From contig VRMN01000002.1 in NCBI GenBank assembly GCA_008690995.1, positions 744,001 to 808,000 of the forward strand: 64,000 nucleotides of DNA, given 5' to 3'. The position numbers and the translations under genes are program-made. Within the stretch, counting starts at the first letter, position 1. Every line of letters starts with the position of its first letter. Positions 1 to 10,386 of this stretch are shown here, piece after piece. The notes below the pieces were generated by a model. The model ran no database searches, was not told the DNA's origin, and was given only the letters and a program-made list of their open reading frames with translations. Origin of the DNA: Porphyridium purpureum. Taxonomy: Eukaryota.

Positions 1-1590
1 AAGACCGGTGTGTACGTAGCGGGCTCCATGTCGATCCAGCACCTCGACTCACTCTCGAACGCAGCGGTGGGTACGTCCCAGGATGCGTTCCTGATGTTTG
101 TCAGCGAGTCAAACTTTGAGCCGCACTGGGTGCACCAGTTCGGGAGCACTGGTGACGACTTTTTCGGTGACGTGGTGGTCAGCAGTTCCGGCGACGTCTA
201 TGCTTTCGGATGGACACGCGGGACCTTTGCCAGCTCGCCAAACCCCAACGCGGGCGCAAAGGACTGCCTCATGGTCAAGTTCAATGAGAATGGCCAGGTG
301 CAGACTGTACGCACGTTTGGCTCTTCCGGCGACGACTACATTACGCGTGTGCACTATGATGCCGACGATGATGCCTTCTTTGTGTCGGGCCACTTGGGCG
401 GCGACGAGATGCTCGCAGATTTCAAGGCACTGGATCCAAGCTATCCACAAGGGCGCGGCTTTGTGGCGAAATTCGATTCGCAGCTTGAGCTTGTTGTTGG
501 GTTGTACACAGGTCATACAAAGCACGACGTGGGCACAGGCATAACATTTGATGGGAACGGCGGCTTCTACTTTTCGTTTGCGACGTTCAGTCCGCGCGGC
601 ACGGTATACTCTGTCGTCCAGAAAATTGACAAGCACGGAAACACGTTGTGGACTGCCGACACGAGTTCAATGACTGTGGCACCGGCGCACGGGCTGTCGA
701 TGTGGTACGATGAATCCACGACACCTCCGCGCCCTTTGGTGGTGCTTTCTGGTGCCCTATATGCGAACGAAGCGTACAAGCTGAGCATCATTGCGTTGCG
801 TGCAGATGATGGCGGGCTTGTGCAAGTGGTGAGCGGCTGCTGCGAGTCTGGCTTTGCCAAGGCTTCTGGTGGAATGGTGGTCACTTCAGGCAACTACATA
901 GTTGCTCTTGGTCACCATGCCGAGCAGCAGAATGGGCTCGGCGAGAAGAGCCCCGTACTGGTTTCTGTGACTCCCACGGGTCATGCAGTGAGCAAAAAGC
1001 TAAGCTCGGTGGTCACTGAGGATCACGACGTGCGCATGAGTCATCCCATTGTGCTGAATGGCACCATCTACTTTGCGTCCACAAAGGGCGCCGACTTTAC
1101 TCTGCACGCGTATGCCATCGCAGGCGTGTTTGACAACGAGACAATCGACGACGCCGAAATTGGAGGCATACTGGTGGATGGTGCTGGAGCAGGAGAGAAT
1201 GCTGGCGCCGGGAATAGCCCAGGGTCACAAACGGGAGGCGGTGAGGGTGAGCTCGGGGTTGGTGCGATTATTGGCATTGTAGTTGGCGCGGCAGCCGTGG
1301 CTTTACTGCTTGCAGGGCTGCTGATTCTTGGCTTGTATGGAGGTCGTAACGGGTCTGAAAGAGACCGTCGCAACGTGCGACCCGAAAACCCACCCCCGAC
1401 ACCATTCGATGTTCTTTCCCTGGACGATAACATGGATGCGGACAGTCGCGGTTCTCATGCTTCTCTTCTGACCCCAGGACGAAGCAGGGAAGACTCTCAA
1501 GAAGAGCAGGATGATATCGACGCCAGTCAAAGCAATGACGGAACGATCGAAGACGGAACGACAGTCGTCTACAGGTACGATCCCATTTGA
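1..1590 (+). CDS. Beta-propeller (SBBP-like) repeat, single-pass membrane protein; 5' end lies outside the window
   Basis: Frame open from base 1. Repeated 'W..QFGS.GDD....V....GDVY..G.T.G' blade motifs, Gly-rich linker, hydrophobic helix GAIIGIVVGAAAVALLLAGLLILGLY, acidic tail. Confidence 0.75.
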   Translation, partial: KTGVYVAGSMSIQHLDSLSNAAVGTSQDAFLMFVSESNFEPHWVHQFGSTGDDFFGDVVVSSSGDVYAFGWTRGTFASSPNPNAGAKDCLMVKFNENGQVQTVRTFGSSGDDYITRVHYDADDDAFFVSGHLGGDEMLADFKALDPSYPQGRGFVAKFDSQLELVVGLYTGHTKHDVGTGITFDGNGGFYFSFATFSPRGTVYSVVQKIDKHGNTLWTADTSSMTVAPAHGLSMWYDESTTPPRPLVVLSGALYANEAYKLSIIALRADDGGLVQVVSGCCESGFAKASGGMVVTSGNYIVALGHHAEQQNGLGEKSPVLVSVTPTGHAVSKKLSSVVTEDHDVRMSHPIVLNGTIYFASTKGADFTLHAYAIAGVFDNETIDDAEIGGILVDGAGAGENAGAGNSPGSQTGGGEGELGVGAIIGIVVGAAAVALLLAGLLILGLYGGRNGSERDRRNVRPENPPPTPFDVLSLDDNMDADSRGSHASLLTPGRSREDSQEEQDDIDASQSNDGTIEDGTTVVYRYDPI

Positions 1591-1756
1591 GCTTCCCATT
1601 CGGATCCTGCCCATGTGTATATAACTAAAGGAAAAACACACGAGAATGTATGATTGGAACAAAGCAATGCGACTTTCAGAGTAACCGCTGAAGCAGGCTC
1701 CAACATATCCTCAGGAATCCCTATCGAGCGTCTCCAGCAGATCTTAGCGAAAATAT

Positions 1757-3484
1757 TCACAAACTATGCGCGCGCGCATATGCTTGGATGGAGCTTTGGC
1801 GGATTGCTCGAGATCTCATGGTCAAACTTGTTGCCGATTCGACCACGACTTCGACGTAGTCACCCGCCACAGCCCGCTTGAGCGTCTGTCCAAATTCGCC
1901 AGCCTGAATAGGCACGTCCTTGAAAAATACTCTTTTGTTTGTATCTGTGCGACCCGTCAGAAACCCAGGCAGTTTCTTCGCTCGCGCCTGTCCCTCCACG
2001 AGGACAAGATGCGATCTTCCTATTTCTGCTTGGTTCTTTTCTTCCGCCCTTTTGTGGAAAACAGAAATAATCTCCGCCAAACGACGACCTTTTTCTTCCT
2101 CACTCACTGTATCGACCAGGTGCACCGCCGCTGGAGTTCCGCTGCGCACGCTGTACGCGTACATGAAAGCATTCTCAAAGCCCACCTCTTGCATGAGCGA
2201 AACAGTCTCGGCGTGTTCGTCCAGCGTCTCGCCACAAAAGCCGGCTATAATGTCTGTCGAAAGCGCAACGCCAGGCAAACGTGAGCGCAGAGTATCCACG
2301 AGCTCTAAGTAAGCTTCTCGACTGTAACCCCGATTCATGCGCGCGAGGACCGGCGTAGACCCGCTCTGCGCGGGTACGTGCACCTGCTTACAAATGTTGG
2401 CGCGCTTCGACATGATGTCGATCATTTCGTCAGGATAGTCCTTTGGATGCGGACTCGTAAATCGAATGCGCATCTCTGGATCCACGGCACTTACTTCGCT
2501 GAGCAGATCCGCAAACACAAGGCCTCGGTCGCGCCGAGGGTATCGCGTCTCGAAACCAGCGGCGTACTGTACCTTGCCCGCAATCTGCACCGTCACTGGT
2601 CGTGCGGAAGCGGAGCCCAGCTGCAGCTGCGAGACGTCATTGTAACTGTTCACATTCTGGCCTAGGAGCACCACCTCCTTGAAACCCTGCTCGCTGAGTT
2701 CTCGAATCTCCCTCACCACAGATTTTAAGTCCCTCGATCGCTCAGCGCCACGTGTGCGCGGGACCACGCAGAAGGAGCAGGCGTTTGCACACCCACGCAT
2801 CACGGTCAGAAACGCCGACACATTGCCATCCTCGCCTTGCACGTCTCGCACGGGAGAAATCTCTGCGTAGGTATCCTCAGCAGACAGCTGAACATTATAT
2901 GCGGTCATATCGCTACCGTCACTTGCGGTCACAGCACGCAATGCGGACGGCAGCTCACGGTACGCGTCTGGACCCATCACAATTTGGCACAGCTTATCGT
3001 CGAGCAGCGAATGCTTGAGGTGTTCTGCCATGCATCCCAGCACCGCCACCACGGGACGATCTTCCTTGGGTCTCCTGCTGCCTATAGTGCGCAGATACTT
3101 TAGTCTCTGCATCACGCGCTGTTCTGCATTTTCTCGAATGGCACACGTGTTAAGAAGGAATACATTTGCCTGGTTCTCATCGGTGGTATATTCCACCTCG
3201 GTTTTCAACTCTTTCGCAATCAATGCGCGAACGACTTGAGTATCTGCGATGTTCATTGCACATCCATATGTCTCCTCAAAGATAACAAGCCTGCGAAACT
3301 TGGGCGCATTTCTCACCGTTGTCGTGACAGGCGTGACGGCAAGCGACGACGAGCCACCCATTGTCTCTGCCGCGGTCATGTCGACCACCGTTCGCGCAGT
3401 CTTGCACACGCGTCGAGCCGACTTACCGCTTCCATGGCGGGCAGTCGCCGCGGCAGACGAGGCCCACGCAAATACAAACGCCAT
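1757..3484 (-). CDS. miaB: tRNA-i6A37 methylthiotransferase (MiaB/CDK5RAP1 family, radical SAM), organelle-targeted
   Basis: ETYGCAMN, NTCAIRENAE, radical-SAM CxxxCxxC (GCANACSFC), RIRFTSPHP, C-terminal TRAM domain. Start placed at ATG 3484 (MAFVFA transit-peptide-like). Confidence 0.93.
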   Translation of the reverse strand: MAFVFAWASSAAATARHGSGKSARRVCKTARTVVDMTAAETMGGSSSLAVTPVTTTVRNAPKFRRLVIFEETYGCAMNIADTQVVRALIAKELKTEVEYTTDENQANVFLLNTCAIRENAEQRVMQRLKYLRTIGSRRPKEDRPVVAVLGCMAEHLKHSLLDDKLCQIVMGPDAYRELPSALRAVTASDGSDMTAYNVQLSAEDTYAEISPVRDVQGEDGNVSAFLTVMRGCANACSFCVVPRTRGAERSRDLKSVVREIRELSEQGFKEVVLLGQNVNSYNDVSQLQLGSASARPVTVQIAGKVQYAAGFETRYPRRDRGLVFADLLSEVSAVDPEMRIRFTSPHPKDYPDEMIDIMSKRANICKQVHVPAQSGSTPVLARMNRGYSREAYLELVDTLRSRLPGVALSTDIIAGFCGETLDEHAETVSLMQEVGFENAFMYAYSVRSGTPAAVHLVDTVSEEEKGRRLAEIISVFHKRAEEKNQAEIGRSHLVLVEGQARAKKLPGFLTGRTDTNKRVFFKDVPIQAGEFGQTLKRAVAGDYVEVVVESATSLTMRSRAIRQSSIQAYARAHSL

Positions 3485-3909
3485 GCTGAGAACACTCACA
3501 ACTTCGCACACACGTGCTGCGCCCCGATCTCTTCGCTCCACCCCGATCGAGCTGCTCAAACGTCGGCCGGGCGGAGTACAGCTGTGATAGGTGTTCAGTG
3601 GGGTTCAGTCAATGTCAAGGAACTTTAAACGCCAGGGCAGCGACATGTTGCACGTTCAGCAGCAACAGCAGCAGCCTTTCAGCAGATGGCCGAGCCGTCC
3701 AGTACAGAGAAGACGCCGCCTTTGCGGTAAATACGGGACGCCAGTTATACGACCAAGCCGAACACCATGGATGACCTGAGATGGTCTGCAGCGTCTTCTG
3801 CGAACGGCTTTATCTCGTACCAATCGGCAGGTGAGTAGATGCACGGTGAAAGGGTGATATAATTTCTGAAGCGCAGAGCTTTATCATGCAAAGGTGCGAG
3901 CCTGTGTCG

Positions 3910-5247
3910 TCAAGTAAATAGACCAGTTTCAAACAAATGAAGAACAAAAGGGCGCAATGATAGTGCTGCCATGATATAAAATATCATTCCAAACGTGAGA
4001 GAAATCGGAAGCGCAGGAAGAGGCTTCTGGAAGACAAGCAGCAAAAATAGAGTGCACAACAGGCCAAAAACAATGGCTACAGCAGTCACCCAAAATTCAA
4101 GCTGGCCACCGCTGCGCAGGCTGGTCCCCGTCAACACAGAATAAAATACGAAATCACCCAGACCCAATTTTAAATGGTGCTTCACTTGAAGGTCGGCTCT
4201 GCCTTCTATCTGACCAGAAACCACCGCAACGAGACTTGACGATGATGATGATGGTATTTGTGATGAAGCAGGCAAAGATGATGAGGTAGGGGGTTTTGTG
4301 TCCTCTTCATCTGAGTCGCCAGGATCAGTCGATACTTCACTGCATTCATCATCTGTGTCTGTCATCGGTAAGGTCTGGTATCCGTCATCGGCATGGGATC
4401 GGATGCTTGTGCGGCGCCTCGTACTGGTAGACGTAGGCCTCGCGTCTCTAATGTCTTGCACTCGATTGGACCCCGACCTGATCGTTTCGCGACCCGCATC
4501 ACTCGGGTCTGTATCGTACACGAGCGCCGGAAGACTCTCGTTACGTTCTGCCGCAATGTCGACCAGCCACTTGAGCGGTCCGTACGGCGACAGAACAGCG
4601 AAGAGATCCCATACCACGAGTCCGCAAAGAAGGAGCCACGTTGCAAGCGTGCCGACTGCGCGAAAGATCGTGCTCATAAGCGCTGCTACAAGTACGAGGT
4701 AGAGCTGATTGAACCACCTGGGTGCTTTCCAGAAAATGGCGAGCCAGCCAGTCAATGTCAAGTTCCACACAAGCAGCACGAATGTGATCCAGTCGACTGG
4801 CACGCAGCGGCTGACCAAAAGCACGCGCAAGTACGAACCGCCGTTGTACCCGAGAACAAGCAATATGCTGCCGCCCATCCATGCTTTAATAGCGCGGCCA
4901 AAGCGCATCTTGTACGCCATCGCCACACAGAATGTAAAGAACACGATAAACACGAGAAAGCTCCCTACAAACACCACGGCCACCTGCCTCTGCAGTTGCT
5001 CGTGGGCAAGACGATACCGCTCCGCGCGCTGCTCGGCACTTTCCGGCTGCTTTGTCAGCAGGCCGTCGAGCTTCCAAGGGCGATAATGCCGCAGCGCCGC
5101 GCGCTCGTCTTGCTCGTCGTGGACACACGTGAATGAGTAGTCAGGCGCACCTGCCAGAATCGCGCTCAACGCAATGCAACCCATGATTGGGTACACCACA
5201 CTAACCACGGCACTCGCCGCATCTTGCACGCTCTGCCGCTTGCCCAT
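3910..5247 (-). CDS. Presenilin (gamma-secretase aspartyl protease)
   Basis: Multiple TM helices, 'WDLFAVLSPYGPL', 'KLGLGDFVFYS' (GxGD) and C-terminal PALP. Start at ATG 5247; the upstream part of the track ORF is antisense to the next gene. Confidence 0.92.
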   Translation of the reverse strand: MGKRQSVQDAASAVVSVVYPIMGCIALSAILAGAPDYSFTCVHDEQDERAALRHYRPWKLDGLLTKQPESAEQRAERYRLAHEQLQRQVAVVFVGSFLVFIVFFTFCVAMAYKMRFGRAIKAWMGGSILLVLGYNGGSYLRVLLVSRCVPVDWITFVLLVWNLTLTGWLAIFWKAPRWFNQLYLVLVAALMSTIFRAVGTLATWLLLCGLVVWDLFAVLSPYGPLKWLVDIAAERNESLPALVYDTDPSDAGRETIRSGSNRVQDIRDARPTSTSTRRRTSIRSHADDGYQTLPMTDTDDECSEVSTDPGDSDEEDTKPPTSSSLPASSQIPSSSSSSLVAVVSGQIEGRADLQVKHHLKLGLGDFVFYSVLTGTSLRSGGQLEFWVTAVAIVFGLLCTLFLLLVFQKPLPALPISLTFGMIFYIMAALSLRPFVLHLFETGLFT

Positions 5248-5404
5248 CCTAGACAGAGGCGACACACACCGCCGAATACGCTGCGCGTCTCCTGCCTGCG
5301 CACCTGCTGAAGACGTCACGGCGAACGCGCCAAACGCTTGAAAGCGAGTCTGGGCACATGCGCGCACACGAAGTCGAGTGCTCAAGAAGGAGCGCAGAGC
5401 GCAG

Positions 5405-6097
5405 ATGGGGAATATTTTGTACCGCGTGTTCAAGCGATATCGCCTGCGGTACCACGTGCGAGCAAAACTTGACGAGGTGAAGGAGCTTGTCCGCACCACG
5501 TACGAAAACTTTGAAGTGGTTCCTTCTTTCGGGATCTCCAGTGGTGAACATGCGGCTCCCGGTTCGCGCGAGAGCGTCAACCAGCCAAAGCCTGGTCTAC
5601 AACGCGATGCCAGCAATAAGCGTGCTGGAGATGGTACCGGTAAAGAACACATGGGGCCCGCCACGGCGCTGCGGAGTTGTACGGTGAGCGTGCTGTTGGA
5701 CACTGGCGAATTTCTAGCGCATGAAAAGAAGGACGTAGAGGCCAACCGCATACCGTTGAAGCTGGCCGCGAGGAACGTGCTGCTCGTGCGCCAGGCGGCG
5801 CGCCAGGTGGCGCAGGAAATGGGACTTGATTGGGGCTCCAGCGGATTCATTCACGTTCGGGGGCTTGACGCCATCGTGTCGGTGTATGAGGTCGGACATC
5901 ACTCCTTAATACTACATCTGCGAGTGTCACGCGCGCACGAAGCATATCACGACCGCATTTTGGCGTCCGTGGACGCAGCATTGGGGGTCAAGGGCTCCCA
6001 CATGTTTACTTTGGAGAAGCGCGAAACCTGCATTCTCAACGACCTCAAAGAGCTCCTGAGCGAATACGACCGCTACTTCTTCACGCGTCTCTCATAA
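5405..6097 (+). CDS. Hypothetical protein with MG- N-terminus and possible Roadblock/LC7-like domain
   Basis: ATG 5405 (MGNILYR...), 230-aa ORF filling the gap between presenilin and MED31. Fold is a pattern-based guess. Confidence 0.65.
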   Translation: MGNILYRVFKRYRLRYHVRAKLDEVKELVRTTYENFEVVPSFGISSGEHAAPGSRESVNQPKPGLQRDASNKRAGDGTGKEHMGPATALRSCTVSVLLDTGEFLAHEKKDVEANRIPLKLAARNVLLVRQAARQVAQEMGLDWGSSGFIHVRGLDAIVSVYEVGHHSLILHLRVSRAHEAYHDRILASVDAALGVKGSHMFTLEKRETCILNDLKELLSEYDRYFFTRLS

Positions 6098-6153
6098 CTG
6101 GCGGAGCACGAGCCGCTGTTCCATGTCATTTTGTCTCTTGAATGAGGTTGCGC

Positions 6154-6567
6154 TCACAGCGTACTGGATACGCGGTATTGCCAGAAGTAGCCCTGCTGCT
6201 GATGCAGGTACAATGTATAGTCCGGTCGCTTCAGCGCCGCGCGGAACGAAGCGTCCTGCAGTAGCTCTAAGAAATGCAGCGCGTGCGGGAACTGGATGTA
6301 TTTGCAGTAGTCGGGCCTTTTCCAGTAGGTTAAGTATTCCAAATACCGAACAAAGTCCGGGTCATCAAGATACATGTGTTGTGCTAAAAAGTGTAAATAG
6401 GCCGGCGAAGCAAGGCACTGAACCAATTCCAGCTCCACCTGGAATCGGTCTTTTTCCTCTAGGCCCGGCGCCGCCTTCTCGTCGCGCTCGAGCTCGGCGT
6501 TGGTTCCGATTTCTACATCCGCATCCGCTGAAACGTCCGGACCTTTTCCCTCTCCATCGTTTGCCAT
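6154..6567 (-). CDS. MED31: Mediator subunit 31 (SOH1)
   Basis: RFQVELELVQCLASPAYLHFLAQ...YLEYLTYWKRPDYCKYIQFPHALHFLELLQ is the SOH1/MED31 signature. Confidence 0.95.
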   Translation of the reverse strand: MANDGEGKGPDVSADADVEIGTNAELERDEKAAPGLEEKDRFQVELELVQCLASPAYLHFLAQHMYLDDPDFVRYLEYLTYWKRPDYCKYIQFPHALHFLELLQDASFRAALKRPDYTLYLHQQQGYFWQYRVSSTL

Positions 6568-6781
6568 GGGGCGCAGCTAGCGCGACAGACGAGTCGACAC
6601 ACGGCGCTTTCTCCACGCGTTTCGGTGTTCACTTGCACAAAACTCTAAATCCTCGCTCCCCCGTCCTCTGCCCTCGTCATGGTCAGTCCCAGTTCCCATT
6701 CACGAGGATGAGAAGAAAATACGCTGCCGAGAACTTTTTACTTGCTACCACATCCCACATCTATGATGTCATCATGAGTCT

Positions 6782-8914
6782 CTACAGTCCGGTCTGACCG
6801 GCGTACGCACGGTCGATACGAGTTCCCGTGTGCGCGCCCTGTGCCATGTGCGGGCCGCGAATCGTGACACCGTTCGAAAAGGACTTTTTGGCTTTGTGAT
6901 TCATTTTCTGTCGCGGCGCTCTGGATTCGTGCGGTGTTAATCCGTGCTCCTCTTTCCGCATTTCGGGATCTGCGCTGATGGGTCCGTCCAATCTGGCCGC
7001 AGATGATGATGGAGAGTCCGAATGTGGGGCTGGAACGGCAGGAATCTTCTTCTGAGTCTGCCCCCGGTTTCTCACGTTCGGTCCGGCAACACTGTAGGCG
7101 CCTGCCTGCGCGCTGCCAGGTGGGGCATGGCAGTACACAAGCTTTCCCTTGGCATAATCTTTCAGGATTATTCTAGCAGAGCGGTGCACATCGGGCTTTC
7201 CGTGGTCGGACATGAAACCCCGCGCCCTTGCATGCGCCGCCAGCACTCGGCGCGCAAGGGACTCCTGATCGTCCAAGCCCGCGTTCAATGTATGAGGGTC
7301 GAGCGCTGTTCCTTTCGGCACACGAATCCCGTACACCTCCTCAAAGGTTTCAGTGGGGATTCGTGTCACGATCAGCTCAACCGGACTTACCGGGTCGCGC
7401 ATCTGGTCTATGGGAAGCACACCGTTGCATACCAAGTCCGCGCGACTGGTGGAAAAGTTGGGAAATACGAGTCCAGGACAGTCACAGAGCACAACGTGGT
7501 CATCGAGTACAAAACTCTGAAAGTGCTTCGTCTTGCCCGGTGTCGCCGAAACAGCCACGCGCTTTGATCCCATGATGGCATTGATTGTTGAGCTTTTTCC
7601 GACGTTCGGGTAGCCCACCATACCAACAACACACCGAGACTCCATTGGATTCCGTGACTTGCCCGGCAATGCCGTCTCATCATTCTCTGAAAGTTCGTCG
7701 TCGTTGCGTGACCGACGGTGCAGCTCTGCGTATGCTTCCGACTTGTGACTTGGCGTCCACTGATGAAACAAGTCCAACAGTTCGTCTAGGCTCAGCACCA
7801 GGCCCGCAGATTCAGAGTCGTTCGAGGCTGAGCCAATTATTTTCTCTCCTTGGCCAGACGCAGCATTGTCGTCGACGACAGGAGTTTCCGCTGGATGCTG
7901 CGATGAATTTTGGCCATTCCGCTGCGCGTCAGCGTGGCTGCTGTTGTTTGAGTCCGACTGCAATTCCGCCAAAGACGCATCGGAACCTTCGCCATCATCG
8001 TCGCTGGCGTCAGAACTACTCTGGGATGCACTGTCGCTCAATTTGCGATCAGATGCTTCACTATCTTTTTCCGATGCCTCTGCGGCCCGAACAGCCGAAA
8101 AGAAATAGAATTCAATGTTTCGCTCGCGCAAGTAATCGGCCCATGCGCCGAGCATGTCGGGCGATAGGTAGTCTGCCTTGTTCAAAAGCAGTACATATTT
8201 CTTGGCGGGATGCATAAATTCAGACACGTATGTGGCAAGATCCTCGCAAAAGTACAAGAGCGGATTCCTGGCATCGACAATCTGGCAAACTACATCACTG
8301 CGCTCGACGACGCGCCACAGCTGGCGCCAGATTTCTAGATTCTTTTCGAACGGCGTGAAAGCGCGCCGACTGAAGTGGCTCGCGAGTCCGAGTTCGTCCT
8401 CCACCTGAGCGAGCGCGCGCCTCCATTCAAGAAAAGCGTTCCGTTCCATGAGTTCGAGCTGTTCTGGCGTGGTTGTGTCATCCCACTGGGGGCGTCGCGG
8501 AATTCTCAGAACGCTCTCACGCGTGCGCAGTCTCTCAGCCTGTTCTCTTTCCAGCGCGCCCGCGCGCGAGAGCATTTCTCCTTTCGTAGTCACGCCAGCG
8601 GTCATTGTGGAGCCGAGCGCGGCCGCGGCGGTATCGCCAGCCACAACCACCATGTTCCCTGCGCCTCGCGCCGCGGCGCGGCGCTCCGGCACAAAGTCGC
8701 GCTGCCCGAGCTCTGCACTGAGCATGAATTCCGTCAGGTCATTGACGTCCAGCACGGACGTAAACGTCGCGGCGCCGGCGGACTCATCGAGCGTCGTGTG
8801 GTGCAACGACGACCTTGCGCGGCGCTCCTGCCGTCCAGACGTCTCCTTCGCCCTGTTACTCACCAGCGACCGTCCCAACGACGCAGCGCCGCCGCCTGAC
8901 TTCTTCTTACCCAT
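6782..8914 (-). CDS. LSG1: Large subunit GTPase 1 (circularly permuted GTPase, 60S maturation)
   Basis: IPRRPQW, TPFEKNLEIWRQLWRVVERSD, NKAD, GYPNVGKSS, TPGKTKHFQ, DCPGLVFP. Confidence 0.95.
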   Translation of the reverse strand: MGKKKSGGGAASLGRSLVSNRAKETSGRQERRARSSLHHTTLDESAGAATFTSVLDVNDLTEFMLSAELGQRDFVPERRAAARGAGNMVVVAGDTAAAALGSTMTAGVTTKGEMLSRAGALEREQAERLRTRESVLRIPRRPQWDDTTTPEQLELMERNAFLEWRRALAQVEDELGLASHFSRRAFTPFEKNLEIWRQLWRVVERSDVVCQIVDARNPLLYFCEDLATYVSEFMHPAKKYVLLLNKADYLSPDMLGAWADYLRERNIEFYFFSAVRAAEASEKDSEASDRKLSDSASQSSSDASDDDGEGSDASLAELQSDSNNSSHADAQRNGQNSSQHPAETPVVDDNAASGQGEKIIGSASNDSESAGLVLSLDELLDLFHQWTPSHKSEAYAELHRRSRNDDELSENDETALPGKSRNPMESRCVVGMVGYPNVGKSSTINAIMGSKRVAVSATPGKTKHFQSFVLDDHVVLCDCPGLVFPNFSTSRADLVCNGVLPIDQMRDPVSPVELIVTRIPTETFEEVYGIRVPKGTALDPHTLNAGLDDQESLARRVLAAHARARGFMSDHGKPDVHRSARIILKDYAKGKLVYCHAPPGSAQAGAYSVAGPNVRNRGQTQKKIPAVPAPHSDSPSSSAARLDGPISADPEMRKEEHGLTPHESRAPRQKMNHKAKKSFSNGVTIRGPHMAQGAHTGTRIDRAYAGQTGL

Positions 8915-9297
8915 TCCACAACGCCAACAGACCTTGCCTACCTACTGCCACAGCCCGCGCGCTCCCTGTTTCTCGCACGCTTCCGCTTTCGTTTTCCCCC
9001 ACCTGCCCCCGCACCGTCGCCACCACCAAGTCTCGTAACTCCACACCGGCTAAAACGGTTCGGTTCATGTGGCAACCCCAAATCGGTTCGGTTTCCACGC
9101 TGTACCCATCTGACCTGTACACAACAGTACAGTGATGAAGTACAGTGATCCGAAAGTGTCAGTCAGACTCGGTTTCTATTAAAACAGGTCCGAATTGTGA
9201 TTTTGTGTGCGTGAGATATTGAGACATGGTTTTTGGTGGAGAAAGTGGTTTAAAGGGCGAGAGAAAGAGAGAAAGAGACAGGAGACAGAGAGGGAGA

Positions 9298-9333
9298 GAG
9301 GGACAGAGGGACAGAGGGACAGAGGGACAGAGG
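9298..9333. repeat. Short GAGGGACA tandem repeat in a purine-rich leader
   Basis: About four copies of the 8-mer just upstream of ATG 9354. Confidence 0.7.
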
Positions 9334-9353
9334 GAGAGGATTGATACGGCAGG

Positions 9354-10259
9354 ATGGAAGAGGAGTTCGAAGTGGTGGAGGACTCGCGCGCGAAGAAGCA
9401 GAGCACTGCGCGCGGGTCGTTGTTTGGAGGGGGAAGGAGGAAGGCGAGAGCGGCTGCGGCAGCGGCGGTCGTGGAACTGGACATCGTCGAGACAACGGGC
9501 TCCAGTAAGCACACACAGTATGCGTCGTACGGAGACAAGTCGCGGCAGGAGTATGTGCAGGAGCTAGACGCTATGGATGCCGAGGCCTTGCGCCTGGCGG
9601 AGGACTCGGCCTTGTCCACTAAGCGGACAAGGGCGCTTGTGCACGAGACGCGCGAAGTCGGTACCGCCACCGCAACGGCTTTGAATCAGCAGTCGGAGCA
9701 GCTCGAGCGTATTCAGGATGATTTGGTCGAGACAAATGCGACAATTGACCGGACAGACAAGATCATCCAAAAGCTCGCCAGCCCATGGACATACAAACTT
9801 CAGCCAGGCGCGCGCAGAAAAAAGGAAGACCAGCTGAAGAGCTCCGGCATGAACCGCGGCCGCGTGATCGACCTCGACGAGAGTACCGGGCTGGAAATTG
9901 TGTCAGAATCCGTGTCTCCAAGAGGCAGCGGCGGCGGGAAGAAGAAAAAGGACGCGAAGGTCCTTGAGCAGGAAGAGCGCGAGGCGCTGTTGTCACCACG
10001 AACTCGTGCAAAGCAGGAAAAAATACGCAAGGATACCGCACACATGACAGAGACAGAGCGTAGACTATACATATTGGAGCAGGAGCAGGACGACGACTTG
10101 AATGACATTGGTAAGGTCGTAGGCGACCTCAAAGGCCTTGCCCTGGCGATGAACACCGAACTAAACTACCAGACTGAGATGATTGTTGCTGTCACTCACG
10201 ACGCAGGTGTCACGAGCCGCAGGCTGAAAGAGAATAACAGAAAAGTCAAGAATATATAA
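9354..10259 (+). CDS. SNAP-25-like Qbc SNARE
   Basis: Two SNARE coils (…TATALNQQSEQLERI…; …QDDDLNDIGKVVGDLKGLALAMNTELNYQ…) joined by a linker, no TM helix. Confidence 0.88.
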   Translation: MEEEFEVVEDSRAKKQSTARGSLFGGGRRKARAAAAAAVVELDIVETTGSSKHTQYASYGDKSRQEYVQELDAMDAEALRLAEDSALSTKRTRALVHETREVGTATATALNQQSEQLERIQDDLVETNATIDRTDKIIQKLASPWTYKLQPGARRKKEDQLKSSGMNRGRVIDLDESTGLEIVSESVSPRGSGGGKKKKDAKVLEQEEREALLSPRTRAKQEKIRKDTAHMTETERRLYILEQEQDDDLNDIGKVVGDLKGLALAMNTELNYQTEMIVAVTHDAGVTSRRLKENNRKVKNI

Positions 10260-10386
10260 AGTTCGGAAAACGAATGAGAATCGCACGAAGCTCTACACGA
10301 ACACGCGGCCGCTTCACAGCAACCAATGAAGGGCAAGAACGGGAACAAGGCGCTTCGAACCAAAAGGAACGTCGAACTTGTTCAAG

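Noticed and set aside
3702..3715. TACAGAGAAGA, resembling the U6 ACAGAGA box
   Set aside because: Not followed by UUAGCAUGG or the internal stem-loop.
5248..5850. Long N-terminal extensions in track ORFs (presenilin, sigma factor, FAD synthase, Prx, TRAPPC2, rpl15)
   Set aside because: They start at GTG/TTG or run through low-complexity leaders or neighbouring genes; downstream ATGs give typical N-termini.
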